64,000 bases of DNA from the human T2T-CHM13v2.0 reference genome, Homo sapiens. Shown piece by piece: positions 40,406-52,136 of this stretch (position 1 is its first letter; every line of letters begins with the position of its first letter). The notes under the pieces were generated by a model. It did no database searches and was not told the DNA's origin. It saw nothing but the letters and a program-made list of their open reading frames with translations. The stretch lies in NCBI RefSeq assembly GCF_009914755.1, contig NC_060928.1, one strand, 5' to 3'. Made by a program: the position numbers and the translations under genes.

Positions 40406-43121
40406 CATTCTCAGAAACTTCTTTGTGTTGTGTGTACTCATGTAACAGTGTTGAACCATCCTTTTGACAGAGCAGTTTTGAAACACTCTTTTTGTAGAAT
40501 CTGCAAGTGGATATTTGGATAGCTTTGAGGATTTCGTTGGAAACGGGATGACATATAATATCTAGAGAGAAGCATTCTCAGGAACTTCTTTGTGATGTTT
40601 GCATTCAAGTCACAGAATTGAACATTCCCTTTCATAGAGCAGGTTTGAAACACTCTTTCTCTAGTATCTGGAAGTGGGCATTTCAAGCGCTTTCAGGCCT
40701 ATGGAGAGAAAGGAAATACCTTCAAATAAAAACTAGACAGAAGCATTCTCAGAAACTTATTTGTGATGTGTGTCCTCAACTAACAGAGTTGAACCTTTGT
40801 TTTGATACAGCATTTTGGAAACACTCCTTTTGTAGAATCTGCAGGTGGATATTTGGATAACTTTGAAGATTTCGTTGGAAACCGGAATATCTTCATATAA
40901 AATCAAGACAGAAGCATTCTCGGAAACATCTCTGTGATGTTTTCATTCAACTCAGTAGAGTTGAACACTTCCTTCCATAGAGCCGGTTTGAAACACTCTT
41001 TCTGCACTACCTGGAAGCGGACATTTCGAGCGCTTTGAGGCCTATGGTGAAAAAGGAAATATCTTCTCATAAAAACCAGAAAGAAGCATTCTCAGAAACT
41101 TCGTTGTGTTGTGTGTACTCAAGTAACAGTGTTGAACCTTCCTTTTGACACAGCAGTTTTGAAACACTCTTTTGGTAGAATCTGCAAGTGGATATTTGGA
41201 TAGCTTTGAGGATTTCGTTGGAAACGGGTTATCTTCATATAAAATCCAGACAGGAGCATTCTCAGAAACTTCTTTGTGCTGCATGTCCTCAATTCACAGA
41301 GCTGAACCTTTGTTTGGATACAGCATTTTGGAAACATTCCTTGAGTAGAATCTGCAAGTTGATATTTAGATAGCTTTGAAGATTTCGTTGGAAACGGGAA
41401 TATCTTCATAGAAAATCTAGACGGAAGCATTCTCAGAAACTGCTTTGTGATGTTTGCATTCAAGTCACAGAGTTGAATATTCCCTTTTATAGAGTAGGTT
41501 TGAAACACTCTTTTGGCACTACCTGGAAGTGGATATTTCGAGCTCTTTGAGGCCTATGGTTAAAAGGAAATATCTTCCCATAAAAACTAGACAGAAGCCG
41601 TCTCAGAAACTTGTTTGTGATGTGTGTATTCAACTAACAGAGTTGAACATTTCTGTTACAGAGCAATTTTAAAACACTCTTTTTGTGGAATCTGAAAGTG
41701 GATAATTGGATAGCTTTGTGGATTTCGTTGGAAACGGGATGACGTATAAAATCTAGAGAGAAGCATTCTCAGGAACTTCTTTCTGATGTTTGCATTCAAG
41801 TCACAGAATTGAACATTCCTTTTCATAGTGCAGGTTTGAAACACTCTGTAGTATCTGGAAGCGGACATTTCAAGCGCTTTCAGGCCTACGGGGAGAAAGG
41901 AAATATCTTCAAGTAAAAACTAGACAGAAGGATTCTCAGAAACTTATTTGTGATGTGTGCCCTAAACGAACACAGTTGAACCTTTGTTTTGATACAGCAT
42001 TTTGGAAACACTCCTTTTGTAGGATCTGCAGGTGGATATTTGGATAGATTTTAAGATTTCGTTGGAAACGGGAGTTTCTTCATAGAAACTCAAGACAGAT
42101 GCATTCTCAGAAACATCTCTGTGATGTTTGCATTCCACTCATAGAGTTGAAAACTTCCTTTCATAGAGCAGGTTTGAAACACTCTTTTTGTAATATTTGG
42201 AAGTGGACATTTGCAGCGCTTTGAGGCCTATGGTGAAAAAGGAAATATCTTCCCATAAAAACTAGACAGAAGCATTCTCAGAAACTTGTTTGTGATGTGT
42301 GTATTCAACTAACAGAGTTGAACTTTTGTTTTTACAGAGCCGTTTTAAAACACTCTTTTTGTGGAATCAGAAAGTGGATATTCGGATGGCTCTGAGGATT
42401 TCGTTGGAAGCGGGATTACATATAAAATCTAGAGAGAAGCATTCTCAGGAACTTCTTTGTGATGTTTGCATTGAAGTCACAGAATTGAACATTCACTTTG
42501 ATAGAGCAGGTTTGAAACACTCATTCTGTAGTATCTGGAAGTGGACATTTCAAGCGCTTTCAGGCCTATGGTGAGAAAGGAAATATCTTCGAATAAAAAC
42601 TAGACAGAAGCATCCTCAGAAACTTATTTGTGATGTGTGTCCTCAACTAACAGAGTTGAAACTTTGTTTTGATACAGCATTTTGGAAACACTCTTTTTGT
42701 AGAATCTGCAGGTGGATATTTGGATAGCTTAGAGGGATTCGTTGGAAAGGGGATATCTTCATATAAAATCTAGACAGAAGCATTCTCAGAAACTTATTTG
42801 TGATGTGTGTCCTCAACTAACAGAGTTGAACCTTGGTTTTGATACAGCATTTTGGAAACACTCCTTTTGTAGAATCTGCAGGTGGATATGTGGATAGCTC
42901 TGAAGATTTCGTTGGAAACGGGAATTTCTTCATATAAAATCAAACAGAAGCATTCTCAGAAACTTCTCAGTGATGTTTGCATTCAGCTCATGGAGTTGAA
43001 CACTTCCTTTCATAGAGCCGGTTTGAAACACTCTTTCTGCACTACCTGGAAGAGGACATTTCGAGCGCTTTGAGTCCTATGGTGAAAAAGGAAATATCTT
43101 CTCATAAAAACCAGAAAGAAG
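40406..43121 (+). repeat. 16-mer variant a-j, k/n hybrid, o-s (2716 bp, includes a 4-bp deletion)
   Basis: The k body (gcagcgc) ends with the n tail (cttcccataaaaactag) at ~42250, followed by o; acactctgta at 41841 lacks 4 bp; 3232-512-4=2716. Confidence 0.9.
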
Positions 43122-44991
43122 CATTCTCAGAAACTTCTTTGTGTTGTGTGTACTCATGTAACAGTGTTGAACCATCCTTTTGACAGAGCAGTTTTGAAAC
43201 ACTCTTTTTGTAGAATCTGCAAGTGGATATTTGGATAGCTTTGAGGATTTCGTTGGAAACGGGATGACATATAATATCTAGAGAGAAGCATTCTCAGGAA
43301 CTTCTTTGTGATGTTTGCATTCAAGTCACAGAATTGAACATTCCCTTTCATAGAGCAGGTTTGAAACACTCTTTCTCTAGTATCTGGAAGTGGGCATTTC
43401 AAGCGCTTTCAGGCCTATGGAGAGAAAGGAAATACCTTCAAATAAAAACTAGACAGAAGCATTCTCAGAAACTTATTTGTGATGTGTGTCCTCAACTAAC
43501 AGAGTTGAACCTTTGTTTTGATACAGCATTTTGGAAACACTCCTTTTGTAGAATCTGCAGGTGGATATTTGGATAACTTTGAAGATTTCGTTGGAAACCG
43601 GAATATCTTCATATAAAATCAAGACAGAAGCATTCTCGGAAACATCTCTGTGATGTTTGCATTCAACTCAGTAGAGTTGAACACTTCCTTCCATAGAGCC
43701 GGTTTGAAACACTCTTTCTGCACTACCTGGAAGCGGACATTTCGAGCGCTTTGAGGCCTATGGTGAAAAAGGAAATATCTTCTCATAAAAACCAGAAAGA
43801 AGCATTCTCAGAAACTTCTTTGTGTTGTGTGTACTCAAGTAACAGTGTTGAACCTTCCTTTTGACACAGCAGTTTTGAAACACTCTTTTGGTAGAATCTG
43901 CAAGTGGATATTTGGATAGCTTTGAGGATTTCGTTGGAAACGGGTTATCTTCATATAAAATCCAGACAGGAGCATTCTCAGAAACTTCTTTGTGCTGCAT
44001 GTCCTCAATTCACAGAGCTGAACCTTTGTTTGGATACAGCATTTTGGAAACATTCCTTGAGTAGAATCTGCAAGTTGATATTTAGATAGCTTTGAAGATT
44101 TCGTTGGAAACGGGAATATCTTCATAGAAAATCTAGACGGAAGCATTCTCAGAAACTGCTTTGTGATGTTTGCATTCAAGTCACAGAGTTGAATATTCCC
44201 TTTTATAGAGTAGGTTTGAAACACTCTTTTGGCACTACCTGGAAGTGGATATTTCGAGCTCTTTGAGGCCTATGGTTAAAAGGAAATATCTTCCCATAAA
44301 AACTAGACAGAAGCCGTCTCAGAAACTTGTTTGTGATGTGTGTATTCAACTAACAGAGTTGAACATTTCTGTTACAGAGCAATTTTAAAACACTCTTTTT
44401 GTGGAATCTGAAAGTGGATAATTGGATAGCTTTGTGGATTTCGTTGGAAACGGGATGACGTATAAAATCTAGAGAGAAGCATTCTCAGGAACTTCTTTCT
44501 GATGTTTGCATTCAAGTCACAGAATTGAACATTCCTTTTCATAGTGCAGGTTTGAAACACTCTTTCTGTAGTATCTGGAAGTGGACATTTCAAGCGCTTT
44601 CAGGCCTACGGGGAGAAAGGAAATATCTTCAAATAAAAACTAGACAGAAGGATTCTCAGAAACTTATTTGTGATGTGTGCCCTAAACGAACACAGTTGAA
44701 CCTTTGTTTTGATACAGCATTTTGGAAACACTCCTTTTGTAGGATCTGCAGGTGGATATTTGGATAGATTTTAAGATTTCGTTGGAAACGGGAGTTTCTT
44801 CATATAAAATCAAACAGAAGCATTCTCAGAAACTTCTCAGTGATGTTTGCATTCAGCTCATGGAGTTGAACACTTCCTTTCATAGAGCCGGTTTGAAACA
44901 CTCTTTCTGCACTACCTGGAAGAGGACATTTCGAGCGCTTTGAGTCCTATGGTGAAAAAGGAAATATCTTCTCATAAAAACCAGAAAGAAG
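43122..44991 (+). repeat. 11-mer variant a-j then s (1870 bp), with a distal j/r breakpoint
   Basis: gggagtttcttcatataaaatcaaacag at 44790-44817: j through its CENP-B box, then the r tail. Confidence 0.9.
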
Positions 44992-45672
44992 CATTCTCAG
45001 AAACTTCTTTGTGTTGTGTGTACTCATGTAACAGTGTTGAACCATCCTTTTGACAGAGCAGTTTTGAAACACTCTTTTTGTAGAATCTGCAAGTGGATAT
45101 TTGGATAGCTTTGAGGATTTCGTTGGAAACGGGATGACATATAATATCTAGAGAGAAGCATACTCAGGAACTTCTTTGTGATGTTTGCATTCAAGTCACA
45201 GAATTGAACATTCCCTTTCATAGAGCAGGTTTGAAACACTCTTTCTCTAGTATCTGGAAGTGGGCATTTCAAGCGCTTTCAGGCCTATGGAGAGAAAGGA
45301 AATACCTTCAAATAAAAACTAGACAGAAGCATTCTCAGAAACTTATTTGTGATGTGTGTCCTCAACTAACAGAGTTGAACCTTTGTTTTGATACAGCATT
45401 TTGGAAACACTCCTTTTGTAGAATCTGCAGGTGGATATTTGGATAACTTTGAAGATTTCGTTGGAAACCGGAATATCTTCATATAAAATCAAGACAGAAG
45501 CATTCTCGGAAACATCTCTGTGATGTTTGCATTCAACTCAGTAGAGTTGAACACTTCCTTTCATAGAGCAGGTTTGAAACACTCTTTCTGCACTACCTGG
45601 AAGCGGACATTTCGAGCGCTTTGAGGCCTATGGTGAAAAAGGAAATATCTTCTCATAAAAACCAGAAAGAAG
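44992..45672 (+). repeat. 4-mer variant a-b-c-d (681 bp)
   Basis: Monomer d is followed by a (actcatgtaac, aaccatcc) instead of e. Confidence 0.9.
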
Positions 45673-48600
45673 CATTCTGAGAAACTTCTTTGTGTTGTGT
45701 GTACTCATGTAACAGTGTTGAACCATCCTTTTGACAGAGCAGTTTTGAAACACTCTTTTTGTAGAATCTGCAAGTGGATATTTGGATAGCTTTGAGGATT
45801 TCGTTGGAAACGGGATGACATATAATATCTAGAGAGAAGCATTCTCAGGAACTTCTTTGTGCTGTTTGCATTCAAGTCACAGAATTGAACATTCCCTTTC
45901 ATAGAGCAGGTTTGAAACACTCTTTCTCTAGTATCTGGAAGTGGGCATTTCAAGCGCTTTCAGGCCTATGGAGAGAAAGGAAATACCTTCAAATAAAAAC
46001 TAGACAGAAGCATTCTCAGAAACTTATTTGTGATGTGTGTCCTCAACTAACAGAGTTGAACCTTTGTTTTGATACAGCATTTTGGAAACACTCCTTTTGT
46101 AGAATCTGCAGGTGGATATTTGGATAACTTTGAAGATTTCGTTGGAAACCGGAATATCTTCATATAAAATCAAGACAGAAGCATTCTCGGAAACATCTCT
46201 GTGATGTTTGCATTCAACTCAGTAGAGTTGAACACTTCCTTCCATAGAGCCGGTTTGAAACACTCTTTCTGCACTACCTGGAAGCGGACATTTCGAGCGC
46301 TTTGAGGCCTATGGTGAAAAAGGAAATATCTTCTCATAAAAACCAGAAAGAAGCATTCTCAGAAACTTCTTTGTGTTGTGTGTACTCAAGTAACAGTGTT
46401 GAACCTTCCTTTTGACACAGCAGTTTTGAAACACTCTTTTGGTAGAATCTGCAAGTGGATATTTGGATAGCTTTGAGGATTTCGTTGGAAACGGGTTATC
46501 TTCATATAAAATCCAGACAGGAGCATTCTCAGAAACTTCTTTGTGCTGCATGTCCTCAATTCACAGAGCTGAACCTTTGTTTCGATACAGCATTTTGGAA
46601 ACATTCCTTGAGTAGAATCTGCAAGTTGATATTTAGATAGCTTTGAAGATTTCGTTGGAAACGGGAATATCTTCATAGAAAATCTAGACGGAAGCATTCT
46701 CAGAAACTGCTTTGTGATGTTTGCATTCAAGTCACAGAGTTGAATATTCCCTTTTATAGAGTAGGTTTGAAACACTCTTTCGGCACTACCTGGAAGTGGA
46801 TATTTCGAGCTCTTTGAGGCCTATGGTTAAAAGGAAATATCTTCCCATAAAAACTAGACAGAAGCCGTCTCAGAAACTTGTTTGTGATGTGTGTATTCAA
46901 CTAACAGAGTTGAACATTTCTGTTACAGAGCAATTTTAAAACACTCTTTTTGTGGAATCTGAAAGTGGATAATTGGATAGCTTTGTGGATTTCGTTGGAA
47001 ACGGGATGACGTATAAAATCTAGAGAGAAGCATTCTCAGGAACTTCTTTCTGATGTTTGCATTCAAGTCACAGAATTGAACATTCCTTTTCATAGTGCAG
47101 GTTTGAAACACTCTTTCTGTAGTATCTGGAAGTGGACATTTCAAGCGCTTTCAGGCCTACGGGGAGAAAGGAAATATCTTCAAATAAAAACTAGACAGAA
47201 GGATTCTCAGAAACTTATTTGTGATGTGTGTCCTAAACGAACACAGTTGAACCTTTGTTTTGATACAGCATTTTGGAAACACTCCTTTTGTAGGATCTGC
47301 AGGTGGATATTTGGATAGATTTTAAGATTTCGTTGGAAACGGGAGTTTCTTCATAGAAACTCAAGACAGATGCATTCTCAGAAACATCTCTGTGATGTTT
47401 GCATTCCACTCATAGAGTTGAAAACTTCCTTTCATAGAGCAGGTTTGAAACACTCTTTTTGTAATATTTGGAAGTGGACATTTGCAGCGCTTTGAGGCCT
47501 ATGGTGAAAAAGGAAATATCTTCTCATAAAAACCAGAAACAAGCATTCTCAGAAACTTCTTTTTGATGTGTGTACTCAAGTAACAGAGTTGAACCTTCCT
47601 TTTGACACAGCAGTTTTGAAACAATCTTTTTGTAGAATCTGCAAGTGGATATTTGGATAGCTTTGAGGATTTCGTTGGAAACGGGATATCTTCATATAAA
47701 ATCTAGACAGAAGCATTCTCAGAAACTTCTTTGTGCTGTATGCCCTCAATTAACAGAGTTGAACCATTGCTTGGATACAGCATTTTGGAAACATTCCTTG
47801 AGTAGAATCTGCAAGTTGATATTTAGATAGATTTGAAGATTTCGTTGGAAAAGGGAATATCTCCATATAAAATCTAGAGGGAAGCATTCTCAGAAACTGC
47901 TTTGTGATGTTTCCATTCAAGTCACAGAGTTGAATATTCCCTTTTATAGAGCACGTTTGAAACACTCTTTCTGCACTATCTGGAAGTGGACATTTCGAGC
48001 GCTTTGAGGCCTATGGTGAAAAAGGAAATATCTTCCCATAAAAACTAGACAGAAGCATTCTCAGAAACTTGTTTGTGATGTGTGTATTCAACTAACAGAG
48101 TTGAACTTTTGTTTTTACAGAGCCGTTTTAAAACACTCTTTTTGTGGAATCAGAAAGTGGATATTCGGATGGCTCTGAGGATTTCGTTGGAAGCGGGATT
48201 ACATATAAAATCTAGAGAGAAGCATTCTCAGGAACTTCTTTGTGATGTTTGCATTGAAGTCACAGAATTGAACATTCACTTTGATAGAGCAGGTTTGAAA
48301 CACTCATTCTGTAGTATCTGGAAGTGGACATTTCAAGCGCTTTCAGGCCTATGGTGAGAAAGGAAATATCTTCGAATAAAAACTAGACAGAAGCATCCTC
48401 AGAAACTTATTTGTGATGTGTGTCCTCAACTAACAGAGTTGAAACTTTGTTTTGATACAGCATTTTGGAAACACTCTTTTTGTAGAATCTGCAGGTGGAT
48501 ATTTGGATAGCTTAGAGGGATTCGTTGGAAAGGGGATATCTTCATATAAAATCTAGACAGAAGCATTCTCAGAAACTTATTTGTGATGTGTGTCCTCAAC

Positions 48601-51600
48601 TAACAGAGTTGAACCTTGGTTTTGATACAGCATTTTGGAAACACTCCTTTTGTAGAATCTGCAGGTGGATATGTGGATAGCTCTGAAGATTTCGTTGGAA
48701 ACGGGAATTTCTTCATATAAAATCAAACAGAAGCATTCTCAGAAACTTCTCAGTGATGTTTGCATTCAGCTCATGGAGTTGAACACTTCCTTTCATAGAG
48801 CCGGTTTGAAACACTCTTTCTGCACTACCTGGAAGAGGACATTTCGAGCGCTTTGAGTCCTATGGTGAAAAAGGAAATATCTTCTCATAAAAACCAGAAA
48901 GAAGCATTCTCAGAAACTTCTTTGTGTTGTGTGTACTCATGTAACAGTGTTGAACCATCCTTTTGACAGAGCAGTTTTGAAACACTCTTTTTGTAGAATC
49001 TGCAAGTGGATATTTGGATAGCTTTGAGGATTTCGTTGGAAACGGGATGACATATAATATCTAGAGAGAAGCATACTCAGGAACTTCTTTGTGATGTTTG
49101 CATTCAAGTCACAGAATTGAACATTCCCTTTCATAGAGCAGGTTTGAAACACTCTTTCTCTAGTATCTGGAAGTGGGCATTTCAAGCGCTTTCAGGCCTA
49201 TGGAGAGAAAGGAAATACCTTCAAATAAAAACTAGACAGAAGCATTCTCAGAAACTTATTTGTGATGTGTGTCCTCAACTAACAGAGTTGAACCTTTGTT
49301 TTGATACAGCATTTTGGAAACACTCCTTTTGTAGAATCTGCAGGTGGATATTTGGATAACTTTGAAGATTTCGTTGGAAACCGGAATATCTTCATATAAA
49401 ATCAAGACAGAAGCATTCTCGGAAACATCTCTGTGATGTTTGCATTCAGCTCAGTAGAGTTGAACACTTCCTTTCATAGAGCAGGTTTGAAACACTCTTT
49501 CTGCACTACCTGGAAGCGGACATTTCGAGCGCTTTGAGGCCTATGGTGAAAAAGGAAATATCTTCTCATAAAAACCAGAAAGAAGCATTCTCAGAAACTT
49601 CTTTGTGTTGTGTGTACTCAAGTAACAGTGTTGAACCTTCCTTTTGACACAGCAGTTTTGAAACACTCTTTTGGTAGAATCTGCAAGTGGATATTTGGAT
49701 AGCTTTGAGGATTTCGTTGGAAACGGGTTATCTTCATATAAAATCCAGACAGGAGCATTCTCAGAAACTTCTTTGTGCTGCATGTCCTCAATTCACAGAG
49801 CTGAACCTTTGTTTGGATACAGCATTTTGGAAACATTCCTTGAGTAGAATCTGCAAGTTGATATTTAGATAGCTTTGAAGATTTCGTTGGAAACGGGAAT
49901 ATCTTCATAGAAAATCTAGACGGAAGCATTCTCAGAAACTGCTTTGTGATGTTTGCATTCAAGTCACAGAGTTGAATATTCCCTTTTATAGAGTAGGTTT
50001 GAAACACTCTTTCGGCACTACCTGGAAGTGGATATTTCGAGCTCTTTGAGGCCTATGGTTAAAAGGAAATATCTTCCCATAAAAACTAGACAGAAGCCGT
50101 CTCAGAAACTTGTTTGTGATGTGTGTATTCAACTAACAGAGTTGAACATTTCTGTTACAGAGCAATTTTAAAACACTCTTTTTGTGGAATCTGAAAGTGG
50201 ATAATTGGATAGCTTTGTGGATTTCGTTGGAAACGGGATGACGTATAAAATCTAGAGAGAAGCATTCTCAGGAACTTCTTTCTGATGTTTGCATTCAAGT
50301 CACAGAATTGAACATTCCTTTTCATAGTGCAGGTTTGAAACACTCTTTCTGTAGTATCTGGAAGTGGACATTTCAAGCGCTTTCAGGCCTACGGGGAGAA
50401 AGGAAATATCTTCAAATAAAAACTAGACAGAAGGATTCTCAGAAACTTATTTGTGATGTGTGTCCTAAACGAACACAGTTGAACCTTTGTTTTGATACAG
50501 CATTTTGGAAACACTCCTTTTGTAGGATCTGCAGGTGGATATTTGGATAGATTTTAAGATTTCGTTGGAAACGGGAGTTTCTTCATAGAAACTCAAGACA
50601 GATGCATTCTCAGAAACATCTCTGTGATGTTTGCATTCCACTCATAGAGTTGGAAACTTCCTTTCATAGAGCAGGTTTGAAACACTCTTTTTGTAATATT
50701 TGGAAGTGGACATTTGCAGCGCTTTGAGGCCTATGGTGAAAAAGGAAATATCTTCTCATAAAAACCAGAAACAAGCATTCTCAGAAACTTCTTTTTGATG
50801 TGTGTACTCAAGTAACAGAGTTGAACCTTCCTTTTGACACAGCAGTTTTGAAACAATCTTTTTGTAGAATCTGCAAGTGGATATTTGGATAGCTTTGAGG
50901 ATTTCGTTGGAAACGGGATATCTTCATATAAAATCTAGACAGAAGCATTCTCAGAAACTTCTTTGTGCTGTATGCCCTCAATTAACAGAGTTGAACCATT
51001 GCTTGGATACAGCATTTTGGAAACATTCCTTGAGTAGAATCTGCAAGTTGATATTTAGATAGATTTGAAGATTTCGTTGGAAAAGGGAATATCTCCATAT
51101 AAAATCTAGAGGGAAGCATTCTCAGAAACTGCTCTGTGATGTTTCCATTCAAGTCACAGAGTTGAATATTCCCTTTTATAGAGCACGTTTGAAACACTCT
51201 TTCTGCACTATCTGGAAGTGGACATTTCGAGCGCTTTGAGGCCTATGGTGAAAAAGGAAATATCTTCCCATAAAAACCAGACAGAAGCATTCTCAGAAAC
51301 TTGTTTGTGATGTGTGTATTCAACTAACAGAGTTGAACTTTTGTTTTTACAGAGCCGTTTTAAAACACTCTTTTTGTGGAATCAGAAAGTGGATATTCGG
51401 ATGGCTCTGAGGATTTCGTTGGAAGCGGGATTACATATAAAATCTAGAGAGAAGCATTCTCAGGAACTTCTTTGTGATGTTTGCATTGAAGTCACAGAAT
51501 TGAACATTCACTTTGATAGAGCAGGTTTGAAACACTCATTCTGTAGTATCTGGAAGTGGACATTTCAAGCGCTTTCAGGCCTATGGTGAGAAAGGAAATA

Positions 51601-52136
51601 TCTTCGAATAAAAACTAGACAGAAGCATCCTCAGAAACTTATTTGTGATGTGTGTCCTCAACTAACAGAGTTGAAACTTTGTTTTGATACAGCATTTTGG
51701 AAACACTCTTTTTGTAGAATCTGCAGGTGGATATTTGGATAGCATAGAGGGATTCGTTGGAAAGGGGATATCTTCATATAAAATCTAGACAGAAGCATTC
51801 TCAGAAACTTATTTGTGATGTGTGTCCTCAACTAACAGAGTTGAACCTTGGTTTTGATACAGCATTTTGGAAACACTCCTTTTGTAGAATCTGCAGGTGG
51901 ATATGTGGATAGCTCTGAAGATTTCGTTGGAAACGGGAATTTCTTCATATAAAATCAAACAGAAGCATTCTCAGAAACTTCTCAGTGATGTTTGCATTCA
52001 GCTCATGGAGTTGAACACTTCCTTTCATAGAGCCGGTTTGAAACACTCTTTCTGCACTACCTGGAAGAGGACATTTCGAGCGCTTTGAGTCCTATGGTGA
52101 AAAAGGAAATATCTTCTCATAAAAACCAGAAAGAAG
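45673..52136 (+). repeat. Two canonical 19-mer HORs (3232 bp each)
   Basis: Monomer-a starts at 45673, 48905 and 52137. Confidence 0.93.
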
